From: Vicugna vicugna
Taxonomy: Eukaryota
Assembly: GCA_013265495.1 (NCBI GenBank)
Contig: MU058289.1
Span: 2,355,451-2,419,450 of the forward strand
Length of the DNA: 64,000 nucleotides
Direction of reading: 5' to 3'
The notes beneath the pieces are model-generated. The model was not told where the DNA came from. It saw nothing but the letters and a program-made list of their open reading frames with translations, and ran no database searches. Both the position numbers and the translations under genes were made by a program. How positions within the stretch are numbered: position 1 is the first letter of the stretch; each line of letters opens with the position of its first letter. Positions 53,893 to 64,000 of the stretch are shown one piece after another.

Positions 53893-54192
53893 GTTGGTTA
53901 ATTTCAAGTGTCAACTTGACTGGGTCACCAGGGTGCCCAGACAATTGATCAAACATTATTCTGGGTGTGCCTGTGAGGGTGTTTCTAGGTGAAGTTAATG
54001 TTTGAATTGGTAGACTGAGTAAAGCAGATTACTGAGTAAATTAATTACTGAGTAATTACTGAGTAAATGATTACTAAGTAAATTAATTATTGGGTAATTA
54101 TTGAGTAATTACTAAGTAAAGCATATTAACTGAGTAAAGGAAATTACTCCCACTATGGGTGGGCCTCATCCAAGCAATTGAAGACCTAACAG
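53893..54192 (+). mobile_element. MLT2 (ERVL) LTR 5' part with an internal tandem expansion
   Basis: GGTTAATTTCAAGTGTCAACTTGACTGGG..GGGTGCCCAGAC..AAACATTATTCTGGGTGTG matches the MLT2 start. Confidence 0.8.
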
Positions 54193-54735
54193 TAAACCCC
54201 TATATGGTACTTCCTCTATGTGATCTAAGGGTGAAAATAATTCATTTAGTCCTTAGGATAACCAGATGAGGTAATTATTTTTTTCCCATTTTACGTATGT
54301 CAAAACTGAGTCACAGAAAGAATAAGAAATGTGCCCAATATTTGTCACTGGCAACAAATACCGTTTTTGGCCACAAACATACACAGCTAGGCAAAGCAGC
54401 CTGGTTCCAGAATTTGTGTTCTTTCCCATCACACTACACTGCTTCTCAAATATTTTGGTCTATATGTTTCTTATTCGAACTTTGATCATGAGGATGTATT
54501 GGTATGATTTGAAAACTTAACATAAATCATTATTTTGTGATCTAATCAAGATAACTCACTCAACTTTATCAAAAGAGTTATCAATGAAAATGGAGCTGTC
54601 ACTACATTCCAACCCACAGTCACCATAATTCAAAGAAGTTGTCCCACTAAGGAATAAATGTAACCCCCTCAACACATCCCAGCACTCTCACTGATCCTGC
54701 CTGTCTTCCAACCCTTCAAGGCTTTTGCATTAAAA

Positions 54736-55687
54736 CAATGGTTCTCAATCTTTTTGATCTTGAGATCTCTTTGCCCTGTGATAAATTATGGAGGATCCCA
54801 AATAAGTTTTTGTTTATTGGGGATATATCTACCAATATTTGAGATATTAGAAATTAAAACAGAAAAATTGACAAATATTTATTAATTGATTTTAAAATAA
54901 CAATAAGAAACCCATTACATGTTAACGTAAGTAACATTTTTATGAAACTATTTCCAAAAGAAAACAAAACTGAGTGAGAAGGATGGCACTGTTTCACAGT
55001 TTTGCAAATCTCTTTTATGTTGGGTTTAATAGAAGGCAGCTGAACTGTCATATGCGCTCCTGCCTGCAGTCTGTTGTGATATGTTATTTTGGTTAAAGTA
55101 GAAGAAAGTATGTCTTCAAACAGATATGTACATGGAAAAGGGAGGAGTTTTTGAACAGCCTTTTCCAGAAAATTGTGGACATTCTTCTTTTATACTCCTG
55201 AAGAAATGGCAGTGTGGAATCTGAAACCATACCAATGAACTTTAAAACATGTAGTGTACTTTGCTCTTTAAATGGAGCATGCATTGGTCATTTGGAAAAT
55301 AGTGGTTCATCAAATGATAAACATCTTCCAAATGGTCCCAAAATATTAAAATGGTGTTTGCTCCAAATGTTAAGATTTAATAAAATCAATAATGCTTACA
55401 GCTTTATAAGGACATCGTTAAGTGAAATTGGCCTTTTTTTCCCCCCTGTAACAGTGTGGTAGTGAAGACTAAGTATCATGACAGCCAGAGCCCTGTGGTG
55501 CCACTGCCTTGATTCCTGCTCAGGGGCCAGCAGTTTTACAAACCACTATAGCTTTAGCACATTGATGCAAATGTCCACACAGTGGAAAAGTGACATAACA
55601 CCTTAGTATAATTATGAAAATAGATTTCAGCACCTAAAAGTCTTAGGGACCCCTAGGGGTCCATGAACCACATTTGGAGGACTGCTG
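54736..55687 (+). mobile_element. Charlie1-type hAT transposon, internally deleted
   Basis: Terminal inverted repeats CAATGGTTCTCAA ... TTGGAGGACTGCTG; internal ATATTAGAAATTAAAAC and GGACCCCTAGGGGTCC motifs. Confidence 0.75.
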
Positions 55688-57476
55688 TCTTATAACATTT
55701 GAAAATATGGACTAGTTGTCTAAAAAAAAAAAACTCAAAATGCATAATCCACTCAAGCTAATATGATCAATTTTGAAAATTCATGCATCCACAAATGCCC
55801 CTTATGTTCCAAGCACTATTAGGTAAATAGACATATGTGGCTCCCCACCCTTTGGGTCTTCACTGTGTTTGAGGAAACAGACAGGAGACAAACAAGATGA
55901 TTTCAGGCTGAGAAAAGACTGTGAAAGAGATAAGCAAGATGAGGTACTGGAAGCAGGCCTGGGGGAGGCAGAGACTCCTGTCTAGAGCATGGCCAGGGGA
56001 GGCCTCCCAGAGAGATGACACAGTTACTGAAGGCCAGAAGATGAGAAAGAAACATTTCTGCAAGGTGCCCAGAAAACAGCATTCCAAGCACAGGGCATAG
56101 AAGCACAAAGGCCCTGAGGCAGTAATAGCATGGCATTTTTAAAGAACAGAAGGAGGAGTGGACTCAACCCTGGGCCTGTTTCTCTTTTCTGGCTTTGCTC
56201 ACTGCCCAGGGTGCTCACCCCATCCAGTGGCTTCAAAGTTGATGGCCCACAAACGCTTTTCTCCAGCTGACCCTCCCCAGGACCCAGACTCACACCCCCC
56301 AAACAACATTGCACCTTGGCCATCTAATTGGCAAATCCTCAAAACTGATGAAGTATTTCAGGCTAGAGGATGCGCCAGAAAAAAAATAACCACCACCACC
56401 ATGACTCAAGCCCTGTTACAGATAAACTCGCCTCTAACTGGATTAGGAGAAATGCTCCTATCAGAACTGCAAAGCCTCAAAGTAGCCCTACAAGTTTTCC
56501 TTTGCAATGGCAATCAAAAGCAACCAAGCTGCAAGGGGCAAGAGTTGACCCCCAAACAAGAGGAAAAAAACAGACAATAAACTCAGACCCATGAGAGAGG
56601 CGGAGAGACCAGGAGCTGCTCCTAGAGCAGTAGATCTGACTACTGGAAACAGGCTGATGCCATTTCCGGAGCTCGTTGAGACTGTCCTGTTGCATCTGAC
56701 ATGAATTCTGTTCAGCCTGACATGAGAATTCCTGGGTAACTTGCTTTCAATTCCAATGCCTCACTGCACCCCCAGAGACTCCGATGCACTTGCTCTGGGT
56801 CAGGCCCCACAACCCCACAATTTGTGCAGCCTCACTGCTGGCCTCTGGAGAAGTCGGCTCTAAACTTGGCACGGGGAGTCCTATTTGAGGTTCCCTCCCT
56901 AGAGTGTTCATACTTTGATCAGCCTGAGGATCATCCTGGCAGGGTTCAATCCTCTGCTCTCTCGGGCGCCCGTGACCTTAGGTCTCACTTGACCTCACCA
57001 AGCCCCAGTCTTCAGTCTGGGAAATAGTGATCTGGACGGCACGGCTGGAGAGAGAGTAGTTAAGTCAGCAGGCCTGTGTGAGAGGCGCCGGCGTCCGGTC
57101 GGCCTACACCAGGAGAAATCCACGGAGAAGCGCCCGGGCTCGGCCTCCCAAGTCAGCCGCGGGGGCACGTGCGCTCATCCCTCCACGTGCGGGCGTCTCC
57201 AACACGCGTAGCAAGCAGTCTGCTCCACCGCAGAAGTGTTCCCACGGCAACCGGGGAGTTCCGCGCCGCCTCCAGAGGGCGTCCCCCCTGCTTCGGAGCC
57301 TGAGTCAAGTACCCACCGCTAGTCGCGGAAACCAGAAGAGCAGACTCCGCGGTGGGCCGGGACCCTACCCCGCCGCAGGCCGGGGCGGCTAAAACGGAAT
57401 CAAGCTCGCCCTCACACCCTCAAAGTGAGGTGGAACTGGGTTGGGGCGCAGAGCGGAAAATGGGCAGGGCATGGGT

Positions 57477-57481
57477 AAAAA
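57477..57481 (-). terminator. Pol III oligo-T terminator of tRNA-Thr
   Basis: TTTTT on the - strand about 21 nt after the tRNA 3' end. Confidence 0.7.
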
Positions 57482-57502
57482 GAGAGCCGGGACGCTCGGT
57501 TG

Positions 57503-57576
57503 AGGCACCGCTGGGATTCGAACCCAGGATCTCCTGTTTACTAGACAGGCGCTTTAACCAACTAAGCCACGGCGCC
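57503..57576 (-). tRNA. tRNA-Thr (anticodon AGT)
   Basis: Reverse complement GGCGCCGTGGCTTAGTTGGTTAAAGCGCCTGTCTAGTAAACAGGAGATCCTGGGTTCGAATCCCAGCGGTGCCT (74 nt). It forms a full cloverleaf with intact A box and B box (GGTTCGAATCC) and anticodon loop CTAGTAA. Confidence 0.97.
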
Positions 57577-59363
57577 ACCCGCACGGGTAACGCGAGAGTC
57601 TGTTCCTCATCACCATTTACTCCATCGGCCGCGCGCACGCGTACAGGGCTCCTCGGTGGCAGGCGCATGCGCGGTATAAGATCCCATTTAGGCTTATAAA
57701 CTGGACGCTGAGGCTGGAATCTCGGACAGCGCGCAGAAGCTGGGGCCCAGGAGGGCGAGTCGTCCGGGTGCTGTAGTTTCCGCTCCCTCTCTTGAAGCCA
57801 GGGTGCCCACCTTTGGGGCATGCTCGCGCGAGGTCCGGTCTTCAGCCCTCCAGAACTGGCTCAGGGAAGCCACCCAAACTCCGGCGAGGCCGAGTCCCCG
57901 CGGGCTCCGGAGAGCCCCACCCCGCCGGCAGGGCCGGGCTGCCCGCTCGCCGGCGTCCGGTCGGGGCCCACACCCGCCGCGGTCCCGCGGTGACCACGCG
58001 TCCGACCCATAGCACTGGCGCCCTCAGCCTGGCAGGCCGGTTGCCTTCCTCGGCCGCACTCTGACCATCGGGGTCACCGGCCTGCTGGCTCGGGGGGCAC
58101 GTCCCCCCGCGGACCCTGAGCAAGGGAAGAGATCGAGGACACAGAGAGGACCCAGAGCAGGCACTGAAGGATCGAGAGCTGCAGGGGGGCCCAGGCTGCT
58201 GGCCGTGGGGCATCAGCACAGTACGTGGAAGTTTTCCACTGCCAGAGAAAGGCAAAGCCCTCCTCACTCAGGCTTCTCACTTGCTCCTTCTGGGGCTCCT
58301 CACTCAGGCACCTCAGCTACTTCGTCCCAACACTTTTTAGAGGGCTTTTGGAAAACAACAAAACCAAAATCTGCTAATCCATTGACCCAGCAATTTGTCC
58401 AGTGAGAGAGTCTCATCCACAGAATTATAAGTCTCTGCAAACATCTGCACACAAGGTTCACTCCCGTATTGTTTGTAAAAGCAAAAAACGAGAGTGCCCG
58501 TCGCTTGGGTCAGTGTTGGTAACAAGCAGGCCAGCCATCCTCTACAGCAGTGGGAAAGAATACGTCTATGCATACGTGCGGGAGAAAGGATAAAACGGCT
58601 CTTCCAAAGACATCCCAGTTCCTGGGAGGGTGTGAAGTGGAGTTTTGGCATGTTCATCCATCATTCATGTAAATTAATGGATAAATACTGAACAGCTTCC
58701 TTGAAGATGGGCAGTCACCTTGGTTGTGACAGAAGAGGGTGGTGGCACCAAGCATGTGAGCCATCCAAACAATTCAGCTCACTGGCAGAATTACTGGGTG
58801 CTAGTCAGTTAACACTAATCAGTCCTAATTAAAAATGGACCAAGGGGCATACTAATGATATTTGATGGAAATCCTGTGAGCCATACCAAATGGAAAGGGG
58901 AGCCCTTCTATTTAACTGAAAAACTTCACTTTGTGAACCAATTGATTTACATTGTATGCAATGCTGTGGAAACAGGAAGGCTGTGCACACGCATGGGCAT
59001 TCTGGAAAATGAAGAGACCGGAGTGGAGAGCATGAAACATTCTGTGGTGGAAATGACCACCACCTGCCTGCCTAACCAGACCTTCCTCAGCTCTGGGCAG
59101 GTGGCCATCTGGGAGCATCAGCCAGGGAGGCCCCCACAGTGTCCCCTCCACAGCAGTGGCTTCACATCTTCCTCTTCTTTCGACAAACCCTTCCTTGGGG
59201 GCTGCTGGTGCCAGCACCAAAGGGCTGCTTTACAGGGCAAATCCAGAGACCAGAATGTGTGCCAGAAGTGAGACAGGATGAACACCAAGACATAAAGCTT
59301 AGGAGTAGCCAAAGTGTTTCTAGCATTCACATGCACACTTTGTTTTCCCCAAAAGAATCTAGA

Positions 59364-59369
59364 TTTATT
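59364..59369 (-). terminator. Probable WDR88 polyadenylation signal AATAAA
   Basis: TTTATT on +, about 215 nt past the WDR88 stop codon. Confidence 0.55.
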
Positions 59370-59582
59370 CTGCATGAAAATTAAAAACAAAGTGATCCCC
59401 AAGGTGCAATGGAGCTGAGGAGGTGGCACAGTGGTGGGAGCCCAGCCAGATCTCAGCCCCTGCCCCAGTCTGGCGGGCCCACCTGGCGGGGGAGGGGGCC
59501 CCTAGAGAAAAGTCTCTGCAGAGCCCTGAAACCTACATGACAGGTGATCTGTGCTCAAGTCACCCAGAGGGCCCAGTGGCCA

Positions 59583-61796
59583 TCAGCCATCCTCCCCCTG
59601 GCTGCACTCCCTTGCCAGTGAGTCCTCCCCTTCTGATGATGGTGAGGCCTCTGCTGACAAGTCTTTTGCATCCATCCGGCAGAACACACATTTGGTGACT
59701 GTTTCAGGAAAGATGTCATTTCCGTAGATGGAGAAAGGCCTGTCACATTCTTCACACTGACATGAAATATTTTAAAAGAACAGAAAGGAGGTACTGTCAG
59801 AGGGGATCAAGGCATACAGTGATAATTCTCCCACCTGATCCAACCATGCTGGGTCCGGCCAAGGCAAGGGCTGCCCCTCCCCTCTGGGGTCTGGAAGCCC
59901 ACAAGGGTGGAAATTGTTGGCCACTGAAGAGAATGAGCACAGGCCTCTCCCCCTCTTCCCCAACAAAAGCTATGCGGGTCCTGCTGGCTCATGTCCCCTG
60001 CTGTGGTGTCCTGGGGGCAGGAGTGGAGAGCCACTTGATGGTGACGAGGACAGGGGATGGGTGTCCAACCCCCTCCTCTGCTCTGTGCAGAGCAAAACTG
60101 GGGGCTCTCCTAACTCCTTGACATCCTGGAGACACCTAACTTTTGGAGAATCAAGTAGTCAAGACTTCTGAACAAAGCAGGAATTTTTACTAGATGGTGA
60201 AGGTGCTGAGCATCCTTCTCGATCTCTGAGCCTGTTTCTGGCCAAAGCACACAGAGGACAGTAGATACAGTGGCACAGCTCACTTGCCACATCTGCTCCC
60301 CACCCAGAGAAGAACACCACAGGGTGGGCTCTCAGGCCATAGGCAGAGTACTCTCAGAGGGTCCCACCACAGCTCAGTCCCACTGAGACAAGCCTGCACG
60401 TCGCATGCCCGTGCCCTGGCACTCCAAGCCCCTGTGCTTTGCCACCCTTCCTGGCTCCATAGCACCAAAGCTTGCAGGAGGGGTGGGGCACACCTGGCCC
60501 AGGGCAGGCCCTCTAGGAAATCTGGCCTCTGAGGTTTCTCATATTGATTCAGAGCAAGTCAAATGCAGAGGGCTTGTCTTTGCTACAGCTTCAGGGAGAT
60601 CTCTTTCTTTTCTTTCTTTTGCAAGAAAGAAATTAGGTCCTTTGCCTGCCTTATTCTACTGCATAATTTCCCACAACCTAAGCCCAGAACAGCCGGGCTC
60701 AGAGGAGGCAGCTCCCCGGCCCTGCCCCTATGGCAGGCTGAGGACACAAGCACTGCTCTGTAGCCAGTCAGCTTCCAGGGCCTAAGGACCAGCATAGCCA
60801 CGAAGGCCATGAGGACCAGCTGGCCACAAAGACGCGGTCCACGTGGGTCGCACCCCTCACTGCCCTGCCCCCAGTGTCGTTCCCCACTTAGCCATCCACA
60901 CAAGTGGTGGCTCCCTGCCGGGCCTTCTGAGAGGACACCAGCCTAGGGGGCTCCAGGATTCAACAGGGCCCAGCAGGGACTCTGCCTCTCAAGGTAGCAG
61001 CCAGGTTCTGGCACTGCGAAGCCCCAGCAGGGACTAGCCTCCGCTGCCCAGGGGTGGCCTTTGTAGCCAGCCACAGTGAAGCAGAGTGTGTGCCCATTCT
61101 CCTACCAAGATCTCCCACCAGAAAACTGGCACCTGAGCCCCTTCCATGGGAAACAGGGCACTGGGGTCCTGGCTGGGATTCTGCTGCAGGAGTGTATGAG
61201 GCTCACACAGGTCCACTGTGTGCCCAGAAGTACCTCCAGGACTCCCTCGGGCCTTATCCTCCCACTTCCCCTACTCACTCGGCTCTTCAAACCCCAGGCT
61301 CACTCCTGCCTCAGGGTCTCCGCATGGGCTGTTCCCTCTGCTGGAAGCTCTTCCCCTAAACAGCGGCACAGCTCACTCCCTCACCGTCTTCAAGTCTCTG
61401 AACAAATGTCACCTTCTCAATGAGATTCATCCTGATCACTCTTTAAAATGCTGCAACCACCAGTCCTCCCATTCCCCCTCTTCCTAGGTCACTTTTCTTC
61501 AAATCATGACATTTTTCTTATTTCTTTATTCATGGTTTTTCTCCCCTTTTAGAGTGTAAGCTCCCTTGAGGCAAAATTTTCAATCTATTTTTTTTCATAG
61601 TTTTATCCCCAGTTGCCCAATAAATGTTTGTTCAAAGAACAGATTAATTTGTAGAGGGAACTAATGAAAGTCTTCATTTGACTTAATCTTACCCAGTACC
61701 AACCTGTTTCACCTTTAAGCCCAGGGCCTTTTTGTACTCAATTACCAAAGGAATTTGGTCCATTTCTTCAATATTCCATAGTCTCAGGGTCTTATC
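59583..61796 (-). CDS. WDR88: WDR88 (WD repeat domain 88), last two coding exons; the gene continues beyond the right edge
   Basis: Exon 61796-61704 reads ttag|DKTLRLWNIEEMDQIPLVIEYKKALGLKVKQ|gt. Terminal exon 59756-59583 reads tcag|CEECDRPFSIYGNDIFPETVTKCVFCRMDAKDLSAEASPSSEGEDSLARECSQGEDG*. Both are phase 0, match the WDR88 C-terminus as I recall it, and sit at the expected syntenic position next to tRNA-Thr and LRP3. Confidence 0.9.
61270..61640 (+). mobile_element. L2 3' end in the last WDR88 intron
   Basis: CCTGCCTCAGGG..GCTGTTCCCTCTGCTGGAA..AAATGTCACCTTCTCA..TAGAGTGTAAGCTCC..CAATAAATGTTTGTT. Confidence 0.75.
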
Positions 61797-62559
61797 CTAA
61801 AACAAGTTAAACAGCAAACCAGCAGTCACAAAACGGGCTCGTTAGGCTGGGGGAACCCAGGGCGGGGCATCACGTCCAGGTTACCTGTGGAGGACCTGGA
61901 CCTGCAGAGGAGCAGTTAGGTGACCCACTGTCCTAGTTTCTCCAGCACCATCCCAGCCTTAGCACTGGAAATCCCCGCATACCCTTTTCAGGGTGCAAAA
62001 AGCTTCATTTTTCAGCAATGGGTGTAGAAGTTTGGGGGGAATACAAAACCCATATCGTGGCCCCCAAATAGCTGAAAACAAAACTATTTTTAATGCTAAA
62101 TGAATATGCCTAGACGATCCACCTCCTGTAGCCGCCATCACTGTTTTCCACAATCCCCGTATCACTTCAAGTGATGAGACCTAAATATTCAGCCTCACTG
62201 CATTGTAACTGTGTTAACAGTCTGCCTTTGATTTTTACCTGGGGATCAACTGTTGTGCTTTGTTTCAGGAGAGTGTTAAGTAGAATTTTTAACATTGTGA
62301 GTATTGTGTTCATATTTTCTAAGGGATCAGATAATGGAAATGAGAACAATTACAAGATCAATGCCAGCATGACCCAGACATCACCAAAAAGGGAGACTAA
62401 ACAACTGTGTTTAATGACAGGGGGACAGATGGGGGTGGTAAGTAACCAGAACATAATGCACAATATGCAGAAAGGGAGTTGGGGGTCAGGGATCACAAAT
62501 CTGAGATGAGACAAGCAAGTTTTCTAAGTGAAACAAAAGGTTTTTTTCATCTCCCCAAA

Positions 62560-64000
62560 AGATAACTAATGTGAAAGAAAACGGTACGGGAGGACTCACA
62601 CTCTGTATTGTAAAACTTCCTACGAAGCGACAGTTATCAAGGCAGTGTGGTACAGGCGTAAGGATAGACATGTAGATCAATAGAACAGAATTAAGAGTCC
62701 AGAAATAAACCTAAACAACTCTTAGAAGAAAACAAAACATAGGGATAAATCTTTGTGACCCTGGGTTAGGCAATGGCTTCTTAGATCTGATGCCAAAAGC
62801 ACAAGCAACAAAACAAAAACTAGATAAGCTGGACTCCATCAAAATGAAAAAACTTTTCTGCCTCAAAGGACATGCATCAAGAAAGTGAAGATAAGGGGAG
62901 AGGGTATAGCTCAGTGGTAGAGTGCATGCCTAGCATGCGGGAGGTCCTGGGTTCAATTCCCAGTACCTCCATTAAATAAATAAACCTAATCATTCCCCCC
63001 GCATTAAAAAAACATTTTAAAAAAGAAAGTGAAAGTGAAGATAAATAAGTGGTCAATGAGCATATGAATAGATGTTCAACACCATTAGCCACCAGGAAAA
63101 TGCAAATCAAAACGCCAGTTCACAACCAATAGGATGACTACAATCAAAAAGATAATAAGAAGATGATGAGAATGTGGAGAAACTGGACTGCTGGTGGGAA
63201 AGTAAAAGGGTCTAGCACTTTGGAAAGCAATCTGGCAGTTACTCAAATGGGTTGAGTTACATGTGTTAAATATAGAATTAACAGTTCCATTCCTGGGTGT
63301 ATACCCAAAAGAATAAAAAAAACATTGTTCAAACAAAAACTTGTTCATGAATATTCATAGAAGTATTATTCATAATAGCCAAAAGGTGGAAATAATTTCA
63401 TATCCATCAACTGGTGAATGAATAAATAAAATATGGTATATTTATATAATGGAATATTATTCAGCAGTAAAAAGAAATGAAGTATTCACACACATTGAAA
63501 CATGAATAAACCTTGAAAACATTATTTGCAACATGAATAAACCTTGAAAACATTATACTATGTAAAATAAGCCAGTCACAAAGTACCACATATAGTATGA
63601 TTACATTTATAAGAAGTGTCCAGAATAATAGAAACAAAAAATAGATTAGCAGTCCTAGCTAATGCAAGGAAATACACATGAAAAGGGAAAAAAGGGTATA
63701 CAGATTGAGAAAGAAGAAATAAACCTTCTTTGTTCACAGACGACATGATGGTCTAGAAAACTTGAAGGAATCAACAACAACAAAAAAACTCTTGAATTAA
63801 TAAGTGATACAGAATGATTGCAGGATTCTAGGTTAATACAAAAGTCAATTGCTTTCCTATATACCAGAAACAAATGAGTGGAATTTTAAATTAAAAGCCC
63901 AATAGCATTTACATTTGCATCCCCATAAACAAAATACTTTGGTATAAATCTAACAAAATATGACAATATAGGAGGAAAATGCTGATAAATGAAATCAAAG
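62560..64000 (+). mobile_element. L1 fragments in a WDR88 intron (host of the SINE)
   Basis: GGATAGACATGTAGATCAATAGAACAGAATTAAGAGTCCAGAAATAAACC, TTGTTCACAGACGACATGAT (FADD-like) and AAAAGTCAATTGCTTTCCTATATACC. Confidence 0.85.
62895..63030 (+). mobile_element. tRNA-derived SINE (camelid Vic-1-like) with 14-bp target-site duplication
   Basis: GGGGAGAGGGTATAGCTCAGTGGTAGAGTGCATGCCTAGCATGCGGGAGGTCCTGGGTTCAATTCCCAGTACCTCC followed by an A-rich tail. GAAAGTGAAGATAA flanks it at 62881-62894 and 63031-63044. Confidence 0.88.

Larger units (their letters stand above)
39814..57044 (-). pseudogene. Candidate decayed multi-exon gene or spliced lncRNA between tRNA-Thr and LRP3; product unrecognised
   Basis: About 14 AG/GT-bounded blocks on - in non-repeat islands, with compatible phases. 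Several are stop-free, but the joined frame has many stops and one frameshift. Details in findings. Confidence 0.4.
57070..58200. promoter_or_regulatory. CpG island surrounding tRNA-Thr with Pol II-type promoter motifs
   Basis: CpG-dense. Contains GCGCATGCGC at 57663-57672, ACTACA..CCC (- strand) at 57766-57780, CACGTG at 57166 and 57184, and CTCF-like CCTCCAGAGGGCG at 57269-57281. Confidence 0.7.

Noticed and set aside
54010..54140. Repeat array as a CRISPR-like locus
   Set aside because: Eukaryotic DNA, short degenerate units, no unique spacers and no cas genes.
39814..57044. Reading the relic's stops as C-to-T changes from CAA/CAG/CGA as support
   Set aside because: Uninformative, because every stop codon begins with T and can be read that way.
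62895..62970. tRNA-like sequence with A and B boxes
   Set aside because: It has a SINE tail and target-site duplication, so it is a SINE rather than a tRNA gene.
63495..63556. 31-nt tandem duplication
   Set aside because: Ordinary slippage duplication inside a dead L1.

Overview
Mammalian genomic DNA, most likely camelid, judging by a Vic-1-like tRNA-derived SINE and matching L1 3' ends. The gene order is SLC7A10 - LRP3 - tRNA-Thr(AGT) - WDR88. SLC7A10 (Asc-1) is complete on the + strand (11 coding exons, 524 aa). LRP3 is complete on the - strand (7 coding exons, 769 aa), and the poly(A) signals of the two genes imply overlapping 3' UTRs. An intact tRNA-Thr(AGT) sits in a CpG island at about 57.5 kb, and the last two coding exons of WDR88 lie on the - strand near the right end. 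The rest is introns and interspersed repeats (L1, L2, MIR, MER20, MER94, MER96B-like, Charlie1, MLT, ERVL LTR). The most notable unexplained signal is a chain of about 14 splice-site-bounded blocks on the - strand, lying in the unique-sequence islands between the tRNA CpG island and the LRP3 promoter (57.0 to 39.8 kb). It may be a decayed multi-exon gene or a spliced lncRNA; I do not recognise the protein and the call is tentative. Repeat family names and comparisons with human or mouse come from recall, not from a search.
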